Part shown: positions 18,319 through 27,822 of the stretch, one piece after another | Position numbering within the stretch: position 1 is the stretch's first letter | How the letters are laid out: each line of letters opens with the position of its first letter | Source: an uncultured Rubripirellula sp. | Lineage (GTDB): Bacteria; Planctomycetota; Planctomycetia; Pirellulales; Pirellulaceae | Length of the DNA stretch: 64,000 bases | Direction of reading: 5' to 3' | NCBI GenBank assembly: GCA_938085445.1 | Contig: CALKGR010000001.1 | Coordinates: forward strand, 64,001-128,000 | The notes under the pieces: generated by a model | Databases searched by the model: none | The model's input: the letters and a program-made list of their open reading frames with translations, nothing else | Told to the model about the DNA's origin: nothing | Program-made: the position numbers and the translations under genes

Positions 18319-18459
18319 AAATGGGAGCTCGCTGAACAATTTAAGAAACCGATCTAAGATTCAAAGCACTGTATTGATACGTGTTGGCTATGGTTACAAT
18401 TCAGGAACCGCTTCCAACAACACACCGCCCGCTGTTCCCCACAACACACGAGAGAGTCT

Positions 18460-19710
18460 TTGTCGAACGAATGTCATCACGAAGTGATAATTATTGGTGG
18501 TGGTCTAGCGGGGCTTTCGTGTGCAGTCCAGTTAGCAAACTCTGGTGTTCACTCCCTAATCCTTGAAGCCACTGATCGTGTAGGCGGTCGAGTACGATCC
18601 GATGTCATCAACGGCTTTACCTTGGATGTAGGATTTCAAGTACTTTTGACTGCATATCCCAGTTGCCAGAAATTGCTGGACTACTCAGCACTCCGACTCC
18701 GATACTTCGACCCCGGTGCTTTGATCAGACAGTCAGGAACATTTACCGAGTTGGCGGATCCATGGCGAAATCCAGGTAAAGCATGGGCAACTGCCACCAA
18801 CCCGGTGGGTTCAATTGCGGACAAATTACGAATTTGGCGTCTTCGAAGTAAAACCTGCCGCGGCTCCTTGGCAGAGCTGTATGAACGACCTCACAAAACA
18901 ACAGAACAATATCTGCGTGATTTTGGTTTTTCAGAACGCATGTTGGACCAATTTTTCCGACCTTTCATCGGTGGTGTATTCCTCGATGAAAGCCTCTCAG
19001 TTTCAAGCAGAATGCTTGAGTTCGTATTTCGCATGTTCTCAATGGGTGGCATCGCTGTTCCTGCGGACGGCATGGCGGCAATCCCCAGACAATTGGCAGA
19101 ACGATTACCCCGTGGATCGGTTAACTTACAAACCTCCGTGGTACAAATTGAAGGAAATCGTGTAGTCCTCGCCGATGGTAGTTCATTGACAGCCAAACAT
19201 ATTGTCGTTGCCACTGAGAGCAACGCGGCAGCACGTTTACTTGAACTTCCTGAAATACAGACATCTTGGAATGAGACCACAACGCTGTACTACTCGAGCC
19301 CACAATGCGATGAAAAACACAAGAGTCTGATTCTCCGTGGTGACGAAAGCGGACCAATTCAGACCGCCACAATTATCAGTAACGTTGCCGAAGAATATGC
19401 TCCCCCAAAAAGTTCGCTGATCTCTGTTTCGCTCAATTCAAACGATGCGACAAGCAGTGATGAAAACGCACTTCTTACAAAACAACAATTAAGCAAGTGG
19501 TTTGGAGATCAAGTGAATCGGTGGGAATTGTTACAAACCTATCAGATTCCTTACGGGCTGCCGGACATGGACATTGACCCTGTGATTCGATCACCCGTAG
19601 TTGAAGAACGCGAAAACACGTACCTCTGCGGAGACCACTGTGAAACGCCCAGTATCGAGGGAGCAATGGACAGTGGCATGCGAGCCGCAGCATCGATTCT
19701 CAAAAGGTAG
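18460..19710 (+). CDS. FAD-dependent oxidoreductase (amine oxidase/protoporphyrinogen oxidase-like)
   Basis: IIGGGLAGL, EATDRVGGRVRS, LDVGFQV, C-terminal CGDH...SIEGAMDSG. Confidence 0.85.
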   Translation: MSNECHHEVIIIGGGLAGLSCAVQLANSGVHSLILEATDRVGGRVRSDVINGFTLDVGFQVLLTAYPSCQKLLDYSALRLRYFDPGALIRQSGTFTELADPWRNPGKAWATATNPVGSIADKLRIWRLRSKTCRGSLAELYERPHKTTEQYLRDFGFSERMLDQFFRPFIGGVFLDESLSVSSRMLEFVFRMFSMGGIAVPADGMAAIPRQLAERLPRGSVNLQTSVVQIEGNRVVLADGSSLTAKHIVVATESNAAARLLELPEIQTSWNETTTLYYSSPQCDEKHKSLILRGDESGPIQTATIISNVAEEYAPPKSSLISVSLNSNDATSSDENALLTKQQLSKWFGDQVNRWELLQTYQIPYGLPDMDIDPVIRSPVVEERENTYLCGDHCETPSIEGAMDSGMRAAASILKR

Positions 19711-20083
19711 ACACCGAATTAGTGATACTAACGCCTCACCCCCTGTCGAAAGTGTCTCTTTGCGATCGATAAAACCGATGGCGCCCAAGAAACGTTGTGA
19801 TCTTCTTACTCCTTTCGAGATCAATGGCCGTCGCTCAAGAATTTGCAGACAAGCTGCGAAACACCAAGCAACTGCACGAAAAATGCTTCATCTCTTGTCC
19901 ACGTTGCGAGCTCGATCCAGCGCTGATACCTGAATGTGACGCATGGCCGCAGGTCAAAACCACATCTGCCATGAAAGGTGTGTTGATCCCAATCTGGCAC
20001 TCATTTCGTTTCACCTGACTGAAGAAATTTTAACTTTTACGGTTGATCGTGGCATTCAACCCCAAACGAGCAAGAACAACATG

Positions 20084-21604
20084 TCACTTCAATTCACGCA
20101 CTCGAATATCACGCCAACGGACTTCGAATGGCCCTGCATCTCGCTTGATTCCATGAACCTGAAGACCAATGAATCCTTTCTTGCTTGACTCCGCATCAAC
20201 GATATCAGCAATCGCAACACCATTGACCCAAGTTTGGATACGGTCGCCCTTTGCTCGCACGACGAACCGATTCCACTTACCATTTTGGTAAGCATCTTTG
20301 ACTGGCTGCTGTTTTGTAATCCAGCCTCGTCCTGTGCCTTCACTATAGAGGTAACCACTTTCCCCAGGCGCATTTTCGATCTCTACCTGCGGTCCATGCA
20401 CACGTCCATTATTGAAATCTGCTTTACTGAGCGATCGGATCTGAACACCACTGTTTAAACCTGGATCGTCATTAACTTCAAACGTTAATTCAAAATTTTC
20501 GTAGTCACTCGTAGTACACATGAATGAATTGGGACTGCCCTGAGCTGTCTTTCCAACTATCATTTGTTTCTCTACACGGTAGGTCGCTGTACCATTCTTC
20601 TGCGACCACCCACTCAAATCTTTTCCATTAAACAGCGTTGTCCATCCTTTGGACATCACGTCGGGTATCGCCGAAAATTCATCCGGCCTAACGTCTGCAG
20701 GATTACGCGTAGCTGGAACATCACTGGTTAGCTTGGTTCCATTCACAGCCGGCTGCTTTACGGTTCCTGTAGCGGCCCATTCTACCCCTCGCTGCAAAGT
20801 AACCTGAAATGCCAGCCCTTTCATGGCATTGTCATCGTGCCCCAAAGTTGTATGAAAAACTCTTCCTTCACCAAACTGTATTGTCATCAGGAGTGGCTCA
20901 TGCTCCCCAGTGCCTCCAGTTGCGGGCGCACTGAATCCAGTCGCCAGCACATGCATATTTTCAGCGGGCCCCCGCAATTTCCCATACAGTTCATCTGCCG
21001 CCTGCATGAAAGTCTTTGGTAACCCAGCCGTGATTGGGTGGTCAGTATCTCGAACGATCACCAGGAAAGGCACACGTTTACCGTGAGTCCCCCCACGGCC
21101 AGGACTGAGATCACGCGTGAACCGCTGTTGGTCTTCTTTCCAGCGAACATAAGGCCCATTCTTTTCGGAACGGCCTCCCCATCCTCCCAGTCCAATCATT
21201 CTGTTGTAGGCATGCCACTGAGGAAATGAATTATCCGCAGCATGAACACTGACGAAACCGCCGCCGCTCGCAACATATTTTTCAAAAGCCTTTTGAGTTG
21301 CCTCACTCCACAACTGGCCGTTGTAATTCGAAACCACCACGTCATATTCTGAAAACTCGGGAGAAAACGGCTCTGAATTTTCACCTCGTCCAGATGCCGT
21401 AGCAACATCGACCGCAAACCTTCCACTTCCCTCCAATATCTGCTCCATCAGAGGAGTCGTGACTTTCCAATTGTGATTATTTTGCCCATCAATCAATAAC
21501 ACAGAAATCTTGTCGAATTCCTGAGCCCGCAGTGACGAAGACGAAACAGAAGCAATAGCTGGAAGCAAGAGAAGTACGAGATGCAGGGAGGCTAACTTGG
21601 GCAT
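20084..21604 (-). CDS. Secreted ThuA-like plus DUF1080 (3-keto-disaccharide hydrolase-like) protein
   Basis: Signal peptide; LIDGQNNHNW, GGGFVSVHAA, GRVFHTTLGH; then LFNGKDLSGW, NSGVQIRS, GFIGLQVH. Confidence 0.85.
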   Translation of the reverse strand: MPKLASLHLVLLLLPAIASVSSSSLRAQEFDKISVLLIDGQNNHNWKVTTPLMEQILEGSGRFAVDVATASGRGENSEPFSPEFSEYDVVVSNYNGQLWSEATQKAFEKYVASGGGFVSVHAADNSFPQWHAYNRMIGLGGWGGRSEKNGPYVRWKEDQQRFTRDLSPGRGGTHGKRVPFLVIVRDTDHPITAGLPKTFMQAADELYGKLRGPAENMHVLATGFSAPATGGTGEHEPLLMTIQFGEGRVFHTTLGHDDNAMKGLAFQVTLQRGVEWAATGTVKQPAVNGTKLTSDVPATRNPADVRPDEFSAIPDVMSKGWTTLFNGKDLSGWSQKNGTATYRVEKQMIVGKTAQGSPNSFMCTTSDYENFELTFEVNDDPGLNSGVQIRSLSKADFNNGRVHGPQVEIENAPGESGYLYSEGTGRGWITKQQPVKDAYQNGKWNRFVVRAKGDRIQTWVNGVAIADIVDAESSKKGFIGLQVHGIKRDAGPFEVRWRDIRVRELK

Positions 21605-21835
21605 GTTTCGCTGCTGGAGGTAGTGGGATGAACAACGACAGAAGTCAAAAACGTCACCACGAACGTTTCAAAACCCCAATTCTAGCATTTCATTTGGTTC
21701 TACTGACCAGACTCTGTAGTGAATCCCCATGATTCATGAAGATTGATGCGGGCTTTGATCTAACAATTCTGGTACTTCAGCGGTTCTAAAACCTCCGACG
21801 GCCTTCTAATATAGGGAGACTCAAAGGAGCAAAGA

Positions 21836-22840
21836 ATGTCAGAGTATTTACGCGGATCATTTCCTACAACTCGGATGCGGCGAGTGCGCCGTCATGATTG
21901 GTCACGGCGACTTGTCACCGAAACGTCACTAAGCACAAATGACCTAATCTGGCCCTTGTTCGTTTTTGACGGTAAAGGCCGACAAGCGGTCGACAGTCTT
22001 CCAGGTGTTGATCGACTCGGAGAAGATGAGATTGTCCGCGAAGCAATTCGAGCATGCGAGCTTGGCTTACCAGCACTTGCTATTTTCCCTGCTACCGACC
22101 CCTCTCTCAAAACCGAAGATGCAGCCGAAGCCGTCAACCCCGACAATCTTGTTTGCCGGACGGTTCGACGCGTCAAGCAGGCCGTGGGAAATCAAATCGG
22201 TATCATTTGTGATGTCGCTCTTGATCCATATAGCAGTCATGGACAGGATGGTCTTGTCCGCAATGGTGATGTTGCCAATGACGAAACGCTAGCGGTACTC
22301 TGCCGTCAGTCAGTGGTTCAAGCTGAGGCTGGCTGTGACATCATTGCTCCAAGCGACATGATGGATGGTCGAGTGGGAGCGATCCGAACTGCTTTGGATG
22401 AGCAGAATTTTTCGAATGTCCAAATCATGTCCTACGCTGCCAAATACGCGAGCTCTTTTTATGGCCCGTTTCGCGATGCCGTTGGCTCCTCTGGTAACCT
22501 TGGCGGCGCGAGTAAAAAAACGTACCAGCAAGCACCATCACAGACAGATGAAGCATTGCATGAAGTTGCTCTTGATTTACATGAAGGCGCTGATAGCGTG
22601 ATGATCAAGCCGGGAATGCCATATCTTGATATTGTGCAACGTGTAAAGCAGACCTTCGCGGTTCCTACATTTGCTTATCAGGTCAGTGGCGAGTATGCGA
22701 TGCTATCTGCAGCAGCACAAAATGGATGGCTTGATCGCCGCCAAACTGTTCTCGAAAGTTTACTCGCTTTCAAACGTGCGGGTGCTGACGGCATCCTAAC
22801 GTACTTCGCACCTGAAGTTGCTCAATGGCTCAGTGAGTGA
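21836..22840 (+). CDS. hemB: Porphobilinogen synthase
   Basis: RMRRVR, APSDMMDGRV, MSYAAKYASSFYGPFRDA, MIKPG, AYQVSGEYAM. Confidence 0.96.
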   Translation: MSEYLRGSFPTTRMRRVRRHDWSRRLVTETSLSTNDLIWPLFVFDGKGRQAVDSLPGVDRLGEDEIVREAIRACELGLPALAIFPATDPSLKTEDAAEAVNPDNLVCRTVRRVKQAVGNQIGIICDVALDPYSSHGQDGLVRNGDVANDETLAVLCRQSVVQAEAGCDIIAPSDMMDGRVGAIRTALDEQNFSNVQIMSYAAKYASSFYGPFRDAVGSSGNLGGASKKTYQQAPSQTDEALHEVALDLHEGADSVMIKPGMPYLDIVQRVKQTFAVPTFAYQVSGEYAMLSAAAQNGWLDRRQTVLESLLAFKRAGADGILTYFAPEVAQWLSE

Positions 22841-22847
22841 CCCTACC

Positions 22848-23561
22848 ATGAACCACATCAGTGACTCTGGCACCGCCTCCTCACTCGAGAACCTTGAATC
22901 ACTCGCGACTAAGGCGTCCGAACGATTTCAATGGCACTGGGAAGAAATCCCAATAGCGGGTGAAATTCGCAAGCTGGCAGTTGCTTCCGACCCAGAAGGA
23001 ATGCTGATCGATGCTTGTGAGCGGCAGGATGCTGGCGAAGAGGGTGTAATCGATCCATTTTGGGCAACCACCTGGCGTGCGGCATCAGGGCTTGATCATT
23101 TTATGAGTGACCTCGCACTGACTGGCATGCGAGTCCTTGAGCTCGGCTGTGGTACTGGGCATGCTGGGCTTGCGGCAGCTCACCGTGGATCGCAGGTGGT
23201 TCTCACTGATGGCGTCACTGACCCATTGATTCTCGTGAAAATGAGCACTTGGGAGCTAAGAGAACGCTGTCAAGTTCGGCAGCTAAGATTTGGGATTGAT
23301 CGCATTGAGGGAGCAACATTTCCGCTTATCCTCGGAAGCGACGTTACCTACCTACGATCACTGTGGCCGGAATTGGATCAGTGCCTGCGAGAACATTTGG
23401 CTGAAGGTGGCGAAGTGTTACTTAGTGATCCATACAGGATCATTGGCAACGAATTTCGCGATTGGATTCAAGATCGTGGATGGTCCTATTGCGAACACAA
23501 AGTAGAACTGAACGACGATCCTGCTCACCCGATTAGGGTGATGCAATTAAAAGCTAAGTAA
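22848..23561 (+). CDS. Class I SAM-dependent methyltransferase (Methyltransf_16/METTL21-like)
   Basis: PFWATTWRAA, VLELGCGTG, VVLTDG, ILGSDVTY (DxxY). Confidence 0.8.
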   Translation: MNHISDSGTASSLENLESLATKASERFQWHWEEIPIAGEIRKLAVASDPEGMLIDACERQDAGEEGVIDPFWATTWRAASGLDHFMSDLALTGMRVLELGCGTGHAGLAAAHRGSQVVLTDGVTDPLILVKMSTWELRERCQVRQLRFGIDRIEGATFPLILGSDVTYLRSLWPELDQCLREHLAEGGEVLLSDPYRIIGNEFRDWIQDRGWSYCEHKVELNDDPAHPIRVMQLKAK

Positions 23562-24157
23562 TTTCTGAGCTTTAGATGCCAGTAGTGTCGAGCAAGTACT
23601 GAAACTGGCGAGAAGAAGAACGCATCCCAACCTGACTGCTCGTGCACCTACAATCAGATCAGTCTCGCCTTCTGAAAATGCTTCTTGAAACACGTGGCGA
23701 ACAACGGCAGTAACAGTCTCAATAGGCATTACCAGCGAGCTATTCTTCTGGTCATTGACAGACTCATGCAGCATTTTGCAGAACACTTCGGACTCGCGTG
23801 AGACAAACAATTGCTTGATATCCAGCGACCGCAATCGTTCCAGATCACCCACCGTGAGGGTAAAATCACCACATTGGCACAGAACATCGTCCTCGGTCTC
23901 CAATCTGTACCTGAGGCAAGTCGCCTCAGGTGACAGAACTCGGCATTTAGACAACGACGTTAAGCGCAATGGCCTCGAAGCGTGTATGAGTTTGAATAGG
24001 ACTGGAAGAAACCAGCACCAGCACCAGCACCAAGGAACAGAACATCACCTGGTGGGTTGTGAAGGTTACCCCAACCACATCACTCTTTCATCGTCAATGT
24101 TGATGGCAAGCCCGTCAATGCGCATTGCGAGTTGACAGGAATGAAGGTTTAGACCAT
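23547..24157 (-). pseudogene. Possible decayed gene remnant, resembling from memory the N-terminus of planctomycete HD-GYP-type proteins
   Basis: Segment DFTLTVGDLERLRSLDIKQLFVSRES...VVRHVFQEAFSEGETD looks protein-like, but the ORF has a weak start, stops upstream and no HD domain. Confidence 0.3.
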
Positions 24158-24206
24158 GCCACTGATGGACGGGGAATCCTCTCGTTTTGCACCAAGAGGA
24201 CACTAT

Positions 24207-27200
24207 TCACTTGAGTTTAAACTCAGAGGGCAGTTCGTACTTGCCTTTCGCTGAATTGCGGGTGGTAACGAGTATCTCTTTGGTTCCCGGCTTTTTGGCA
24301 TCGTCTGTCACCACCCAGATGAGCGCTTGCTTCTCATCATCGGGCCCAGTTGCCGTCTTGTCGGGATTAGCGAGCCTCAACAATTCGGTAAGCACTTGCC
24401 GCAGTGGGATGTTTGTCTGTGTGAAGTTTCGAACTTGCTGATTCTGGGTGATCCCCATCAGCTGCAAGTCTCCACCAACGATACGAATGTTTGGCAGTTT
24501 GGACCCACTCGGTAAGTCCCTCTCATAAGCGGTCACAATATTATCAATCGCGAACTCAAGTGATTCCTGTTCAAAAGTAACGGACATTTTACGATTCAGA
24601 AGTTCTTCAATCGAAAGCGTTTTTTTCGAGACAGGACCTCCAGAAGCCACAGCCCCGCCCTCGGGTGTATTCAGCGCCAGCACCGTGGCCAACGTAACCT
24701 GAGGAACCGCTTGCGCAGGCAGGTACGCATTAGCGATCGCCATTTCCTCTGACACACCAAACCGCACCTTTTCCGCAACGAAATTTACCATGGGTCGCAG
24801 TCGATTCGCGAGCAAACGCCATGAAGCATCGGGTACGGAGTTAATGATGAATTCATCGGCCCAGTCGGGCCAGCCGCCAATCTCTTCCTGAAGCATTCTC
24901 ACAAGTGCAGCAGGACTCGCACCACCACTTGGCGTCAACCGTGTCTCGATGAACATTTGCTCGCTGCCAAAATTCACTGACACGAGCATCGCCGAGACAT
25001 CTGGTTGCAATGCTGATTTCAGTGGATCAACAAGCCCTGGCAATGAGTTTGAAAGCAGTTCTCGACCATCTGCAAACAGAAAATTCGGACTAGCAAAAAG
25101 AACGACGATGTCAGATTCCGCACTTGTAGTATCCCACATCGCCTGTGAGTTTCTCGGGAGAAGAATTGACGCCCCTTCCATTTCAGCGACTTCACTTATT
25201 TTGGCAACTGATCCAATCGCAAAACGGCTGACGGGATCGTCTTCTTTCCCTTCAAAATAATAGGCATCGGATTCCGGCGAGTCACCTGCATAGATGGTAA
25301 CACCCTCAGCCGTACGGGCCGCTGCCACCTTCCACTTCTCAAGCAGATCTTTTGCTGGCACAGGATCTTTCAGCTGTATCGATAACGATACTTCTGGCCA
25401 GCCTTCTTTGCCCGGGTGCAATGCCAAACCACAAGTCTGTATCGAATCCACAGGTACAACCGCACGTTCAGCAATACGGGAAATCAGGGCATCCAGATCT
25501 GGCGAAAACACCTCGATAACTTGACCACCAATGTTACTTTCGACAATCGAAGCGACACGCAAAGAGGCGATCATGGCTGGCCCTGGTGGCAGGTACTCCA
25601 AGGATGCTTTTTCCGCGTCAGCTGCGTAAGGTGGTACGTACAGTAATCGATCATCATCTATCAGTTGATATCCAGTTGTCTGCCGCTTCGGCGTCGATGT
25701 TCCCTCCTGGGTTTCATTCCGCTTTGTACCGTTGTCTTCATCTTCCCTTTCACGATTGGAAACGCGTGGAATCACCGCAGGTGCTGGCGGACGCATTCGA
25801 TTCTTTTCAGCAGTCTTTTCCTCCGCACTCCTCGGCACCAGTAATCCAATCACCAGCAACAGGATTGCAACGCACATTGCCCCAAGAACCAACGGCGCTT
25901 TTGATTTCTTTTTACGACGGGAACGTTGTTTTGGGGCACTCGCCTCGCCCGCAACCGGTGGTGGACCAGGAGGCTCAGAAGAACCATTGACCGCCGATAC
26001 GCGTTTTCGATTACTCGCAACCTCTTTGGAGGCACTAGTACTTTCGGGAACAGCGTCGGGTGAAGTCTTCGAGCTGTCTATTGTTGAAACGGTTTGACCA
26101 CCGGCACCACGGGGAATTCGATTCGCTTTCTGGTCGACCTCAGCCGCAGTCACATCTACGTTGCCAGCGGCCTTGCGGTCCCCAGTTTTACCCCTCGCTT
26201 CTTGTACAACTTCGACAACAGGAATGTCCTTGCTGGCAGGAGGCTCCGAAATTGTGCTCGCTTGGTTCACCTCGACGGTCGATCTGTTTGCAACTTGAAA
26301 ATTATGTTCAGTTGCACTGCCGGGTATTGCTGTGATATCGGCCACCGTTTTGTTGGGTAGCGTTTTGTTGGGTACCTTGGAAGAAACCAAAGGCAAGAGG
26401 GCAGTAAGAGCATTCGACAACTGCTCAGCTGCTGCAAAGCGGGAAGCGGGGTTTTTGGCCATTGCGAAAGCGAGCACCCGGTACAGCGGATCACCTGCCT
26501 CAGCTTTTTTTACCGCTTCCGCTAATTCAGGGGGTGTCACAGAAGCTTGAGCTTTAATCAACTTCGGAGTGGACTCCCCATCGACTGGAAATCTGCCAGT
26601 GGCCAATCGGAACAGCAGACAGCCCAATGCATAAATATCAGTAGCCGCGTTGCAGTCCTGATCCGGCTGGCTGAACTCTGGCGCAGCATACAAACCAACT
26701 GCTTCATCACCATCGAACCAACCAGACTGATTTTCCTCGATACCCTGAGGAGGACCTGAGGGATCTCGCAGTAGTAAAACATTGCCATCACTGCCCAACC
26801 AAACGTGCTCTGCTCTGACCGCACCATGAACCAATGGCCGCTGATGCATCGCAGCCAATGCGTTCGCCAAAGCAATCCCGAATTCACACACCTGACGTTG
26901 ACTGAAGCATGCACCTTCCTTGATAGAACTGGATAGTGCTTGGCCACGAGGCAACTCAGAAAAAATGAGTGTCCAAGCTTGCTGAGTCTCGTCTTCGAAC
27001 GTTTGCAGTGAGGCTGTTTCAACTTCCTGATGTGCCTGTAGCCACTGGTCACGACCGCCAATGAACTGATCTGCGGCAACCCGAAACAGAACACCGAGAC
27101 GGCCGTCATCAATACGAGAGACAGGAATCCAACGTGGCAAGGGCTTGGGTCCTTTCTGCGCTCTTACCACATAGTTCCCGGACCTGATTTCCCGCGGTGG

Positions 27201-27398
27201 ATCAGCCAAGAGTGACTCAGCCTGAAAATCAGTCAAAGTTCCCTTCACCATAAGAAACTTGGCCAAGTCACTGCTATCGCTTGGCGGGGTGCCAGCATTT
27301 GCATCAGCGTATTCACCTGCTATCTGCTTGCAGCCCGAGGCATCAACAATGCCCGACTTGACCAGCCCTTTCCAGAATTCGCCCAGCGCGATCGACAT
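24207..27398 (-). CDS. Membrane-anchored Ser/Thr kinase-like protein (probable pseudokinase) with large extracytoplasmic region
   Basis: YAAPEF, ATDIYALGCLLF and AKNPASRF retained; HGAVRAEH replaces HRDxKPxN; TM at APLVLGAMCVAILLLVIGLLV. Confidence 0.8.
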   Translation of the reverse strand: MSIALGEFWKGLVKSGIVDASGCKQIAGEYADANAGTPPSDSSDLAKFLMVKGTLTDFQAESLLADPPREIRSGNYVVRAQKGPKPLPRWIPVSRIDDGRLGVLFRVAADQFIGGRDQWLQAHQEVETASLQTFEDETQQAWTLIFSELPRGQALSSSIKEGACFSQRQVCEFGIALANALAAMHQRPLVHGAVRAEHVWLGSDGNVLLLRDPSGPPQGIEENQSGWFDGDEAVGLYAAPEFSQPDQDCNAATDIYALGCLLFRLATGRFPVDGESTPKLIKAQASVTPPELAEAVKKAEAGDPLYRVLAFAMAKNPASRFAAAEQLSNALTALLPLVSSKVPNKTLPNKTVADITAIPGSATEHNFQVANRSTVEVNQASTISEPPASKDIPVVEVVQEARGKTGDRKAAGNVDVTAAEVDQKANRIPRGAGGQTVSTIDSSKTSPDAVPESTSASKEVASNRKRVSAVNGSSEPPGPPPVAGEASAPKQRSRRKKKSKAPLVLGAMCVAILLLVIGLLVPRSAEEKTAEKNRMRPPAPAVIPRVSNREREDEDNGTKRNETQEGTSTPKRQTTGYQLIDDDRLLYVPPYAADAEKASLEYLPPGPAMIASLRVASIVESNIGGQVIEVFSPDLDALISRIAERAVVPVDSIQTCGLALHPGKEGWPEVSLSIQLKDPVPAKDLLEKWKVAAARTAEGVTIYAGDSPESDAYYFEGKEDDPVSRFAIGSVAKISEVAEMEGASILLPRNSQAMWDTTSAESDIVVLFASPNFLFADGRELLSNSLPGLVDPLKSALQPDVSAMLVSVNFGSEQMFIETRLTPSGGASPAALVRMLQEEIGGWPDWADEFIINSVPDASWRLLANRLRPMVNFVAEKVRFGVSEEMAIANAYLPAQAVPQVTLATVLALNTPEGGAVASGGPVSKKTLSIEELLNRKMSVTFEQESLEFAIDNIVTAYERDLPSGSKLPNIRIVGGDLQLMGITQNQQVRNFTQTNIPLRQVLTELLRLANPDKTATGPDDEKQALIWVVTDDAKKPGTKEILVTTRNSAKGKYELPSEFKLK

Positions 27399-27822
27399 AC
27401 AACTTTTTCAATCAAACGAAGATTTCAACCTAAAGAAACTTAATCTCTATTCTACGCCATGATCAGGCTTTCGCCGACCTCATCCCGAAAGGGCTGGTCA
27501 AGTTCACCACAACTGATTGCCTATTGGTGGATATTTCGCAGCCAACTGCGGTCTTCGCAAGCAAAATCCCATCTTTGAGGACTGCGCTATCGGCACTAAA
27601 CTGTTTCCATCGCGAAACGCCAAACTGCTCGGCAGGCTGCTCCTGCGGCAGCCGATGCATCATGCAGATACAGGTCAAAGTAGACGAATAGTGATCTAGG
27701 CCTGCAGTAAAGCATGCAATCTAGCTCATACGAGTATCTTGTTTGGCAACCAGCAGAACCGCGATAACCTGTAAATCCTCATCAGCCAGATCTTCGCGGC
27801 ACTCGAGATACGAGAAACAGAA

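Noticed and set aside
19601..20188. Short ORFs between the oxidoreductase and the ThuA gene, one with a CxxC
   Set aside because: No RBS or family motif; mutually overlapping; probably spurious
24011..24031. (CAGCAC)n microsatellite as a phase-variation tract
   Set aside because: Only about 3.5 units and not within a credible gene or promoter
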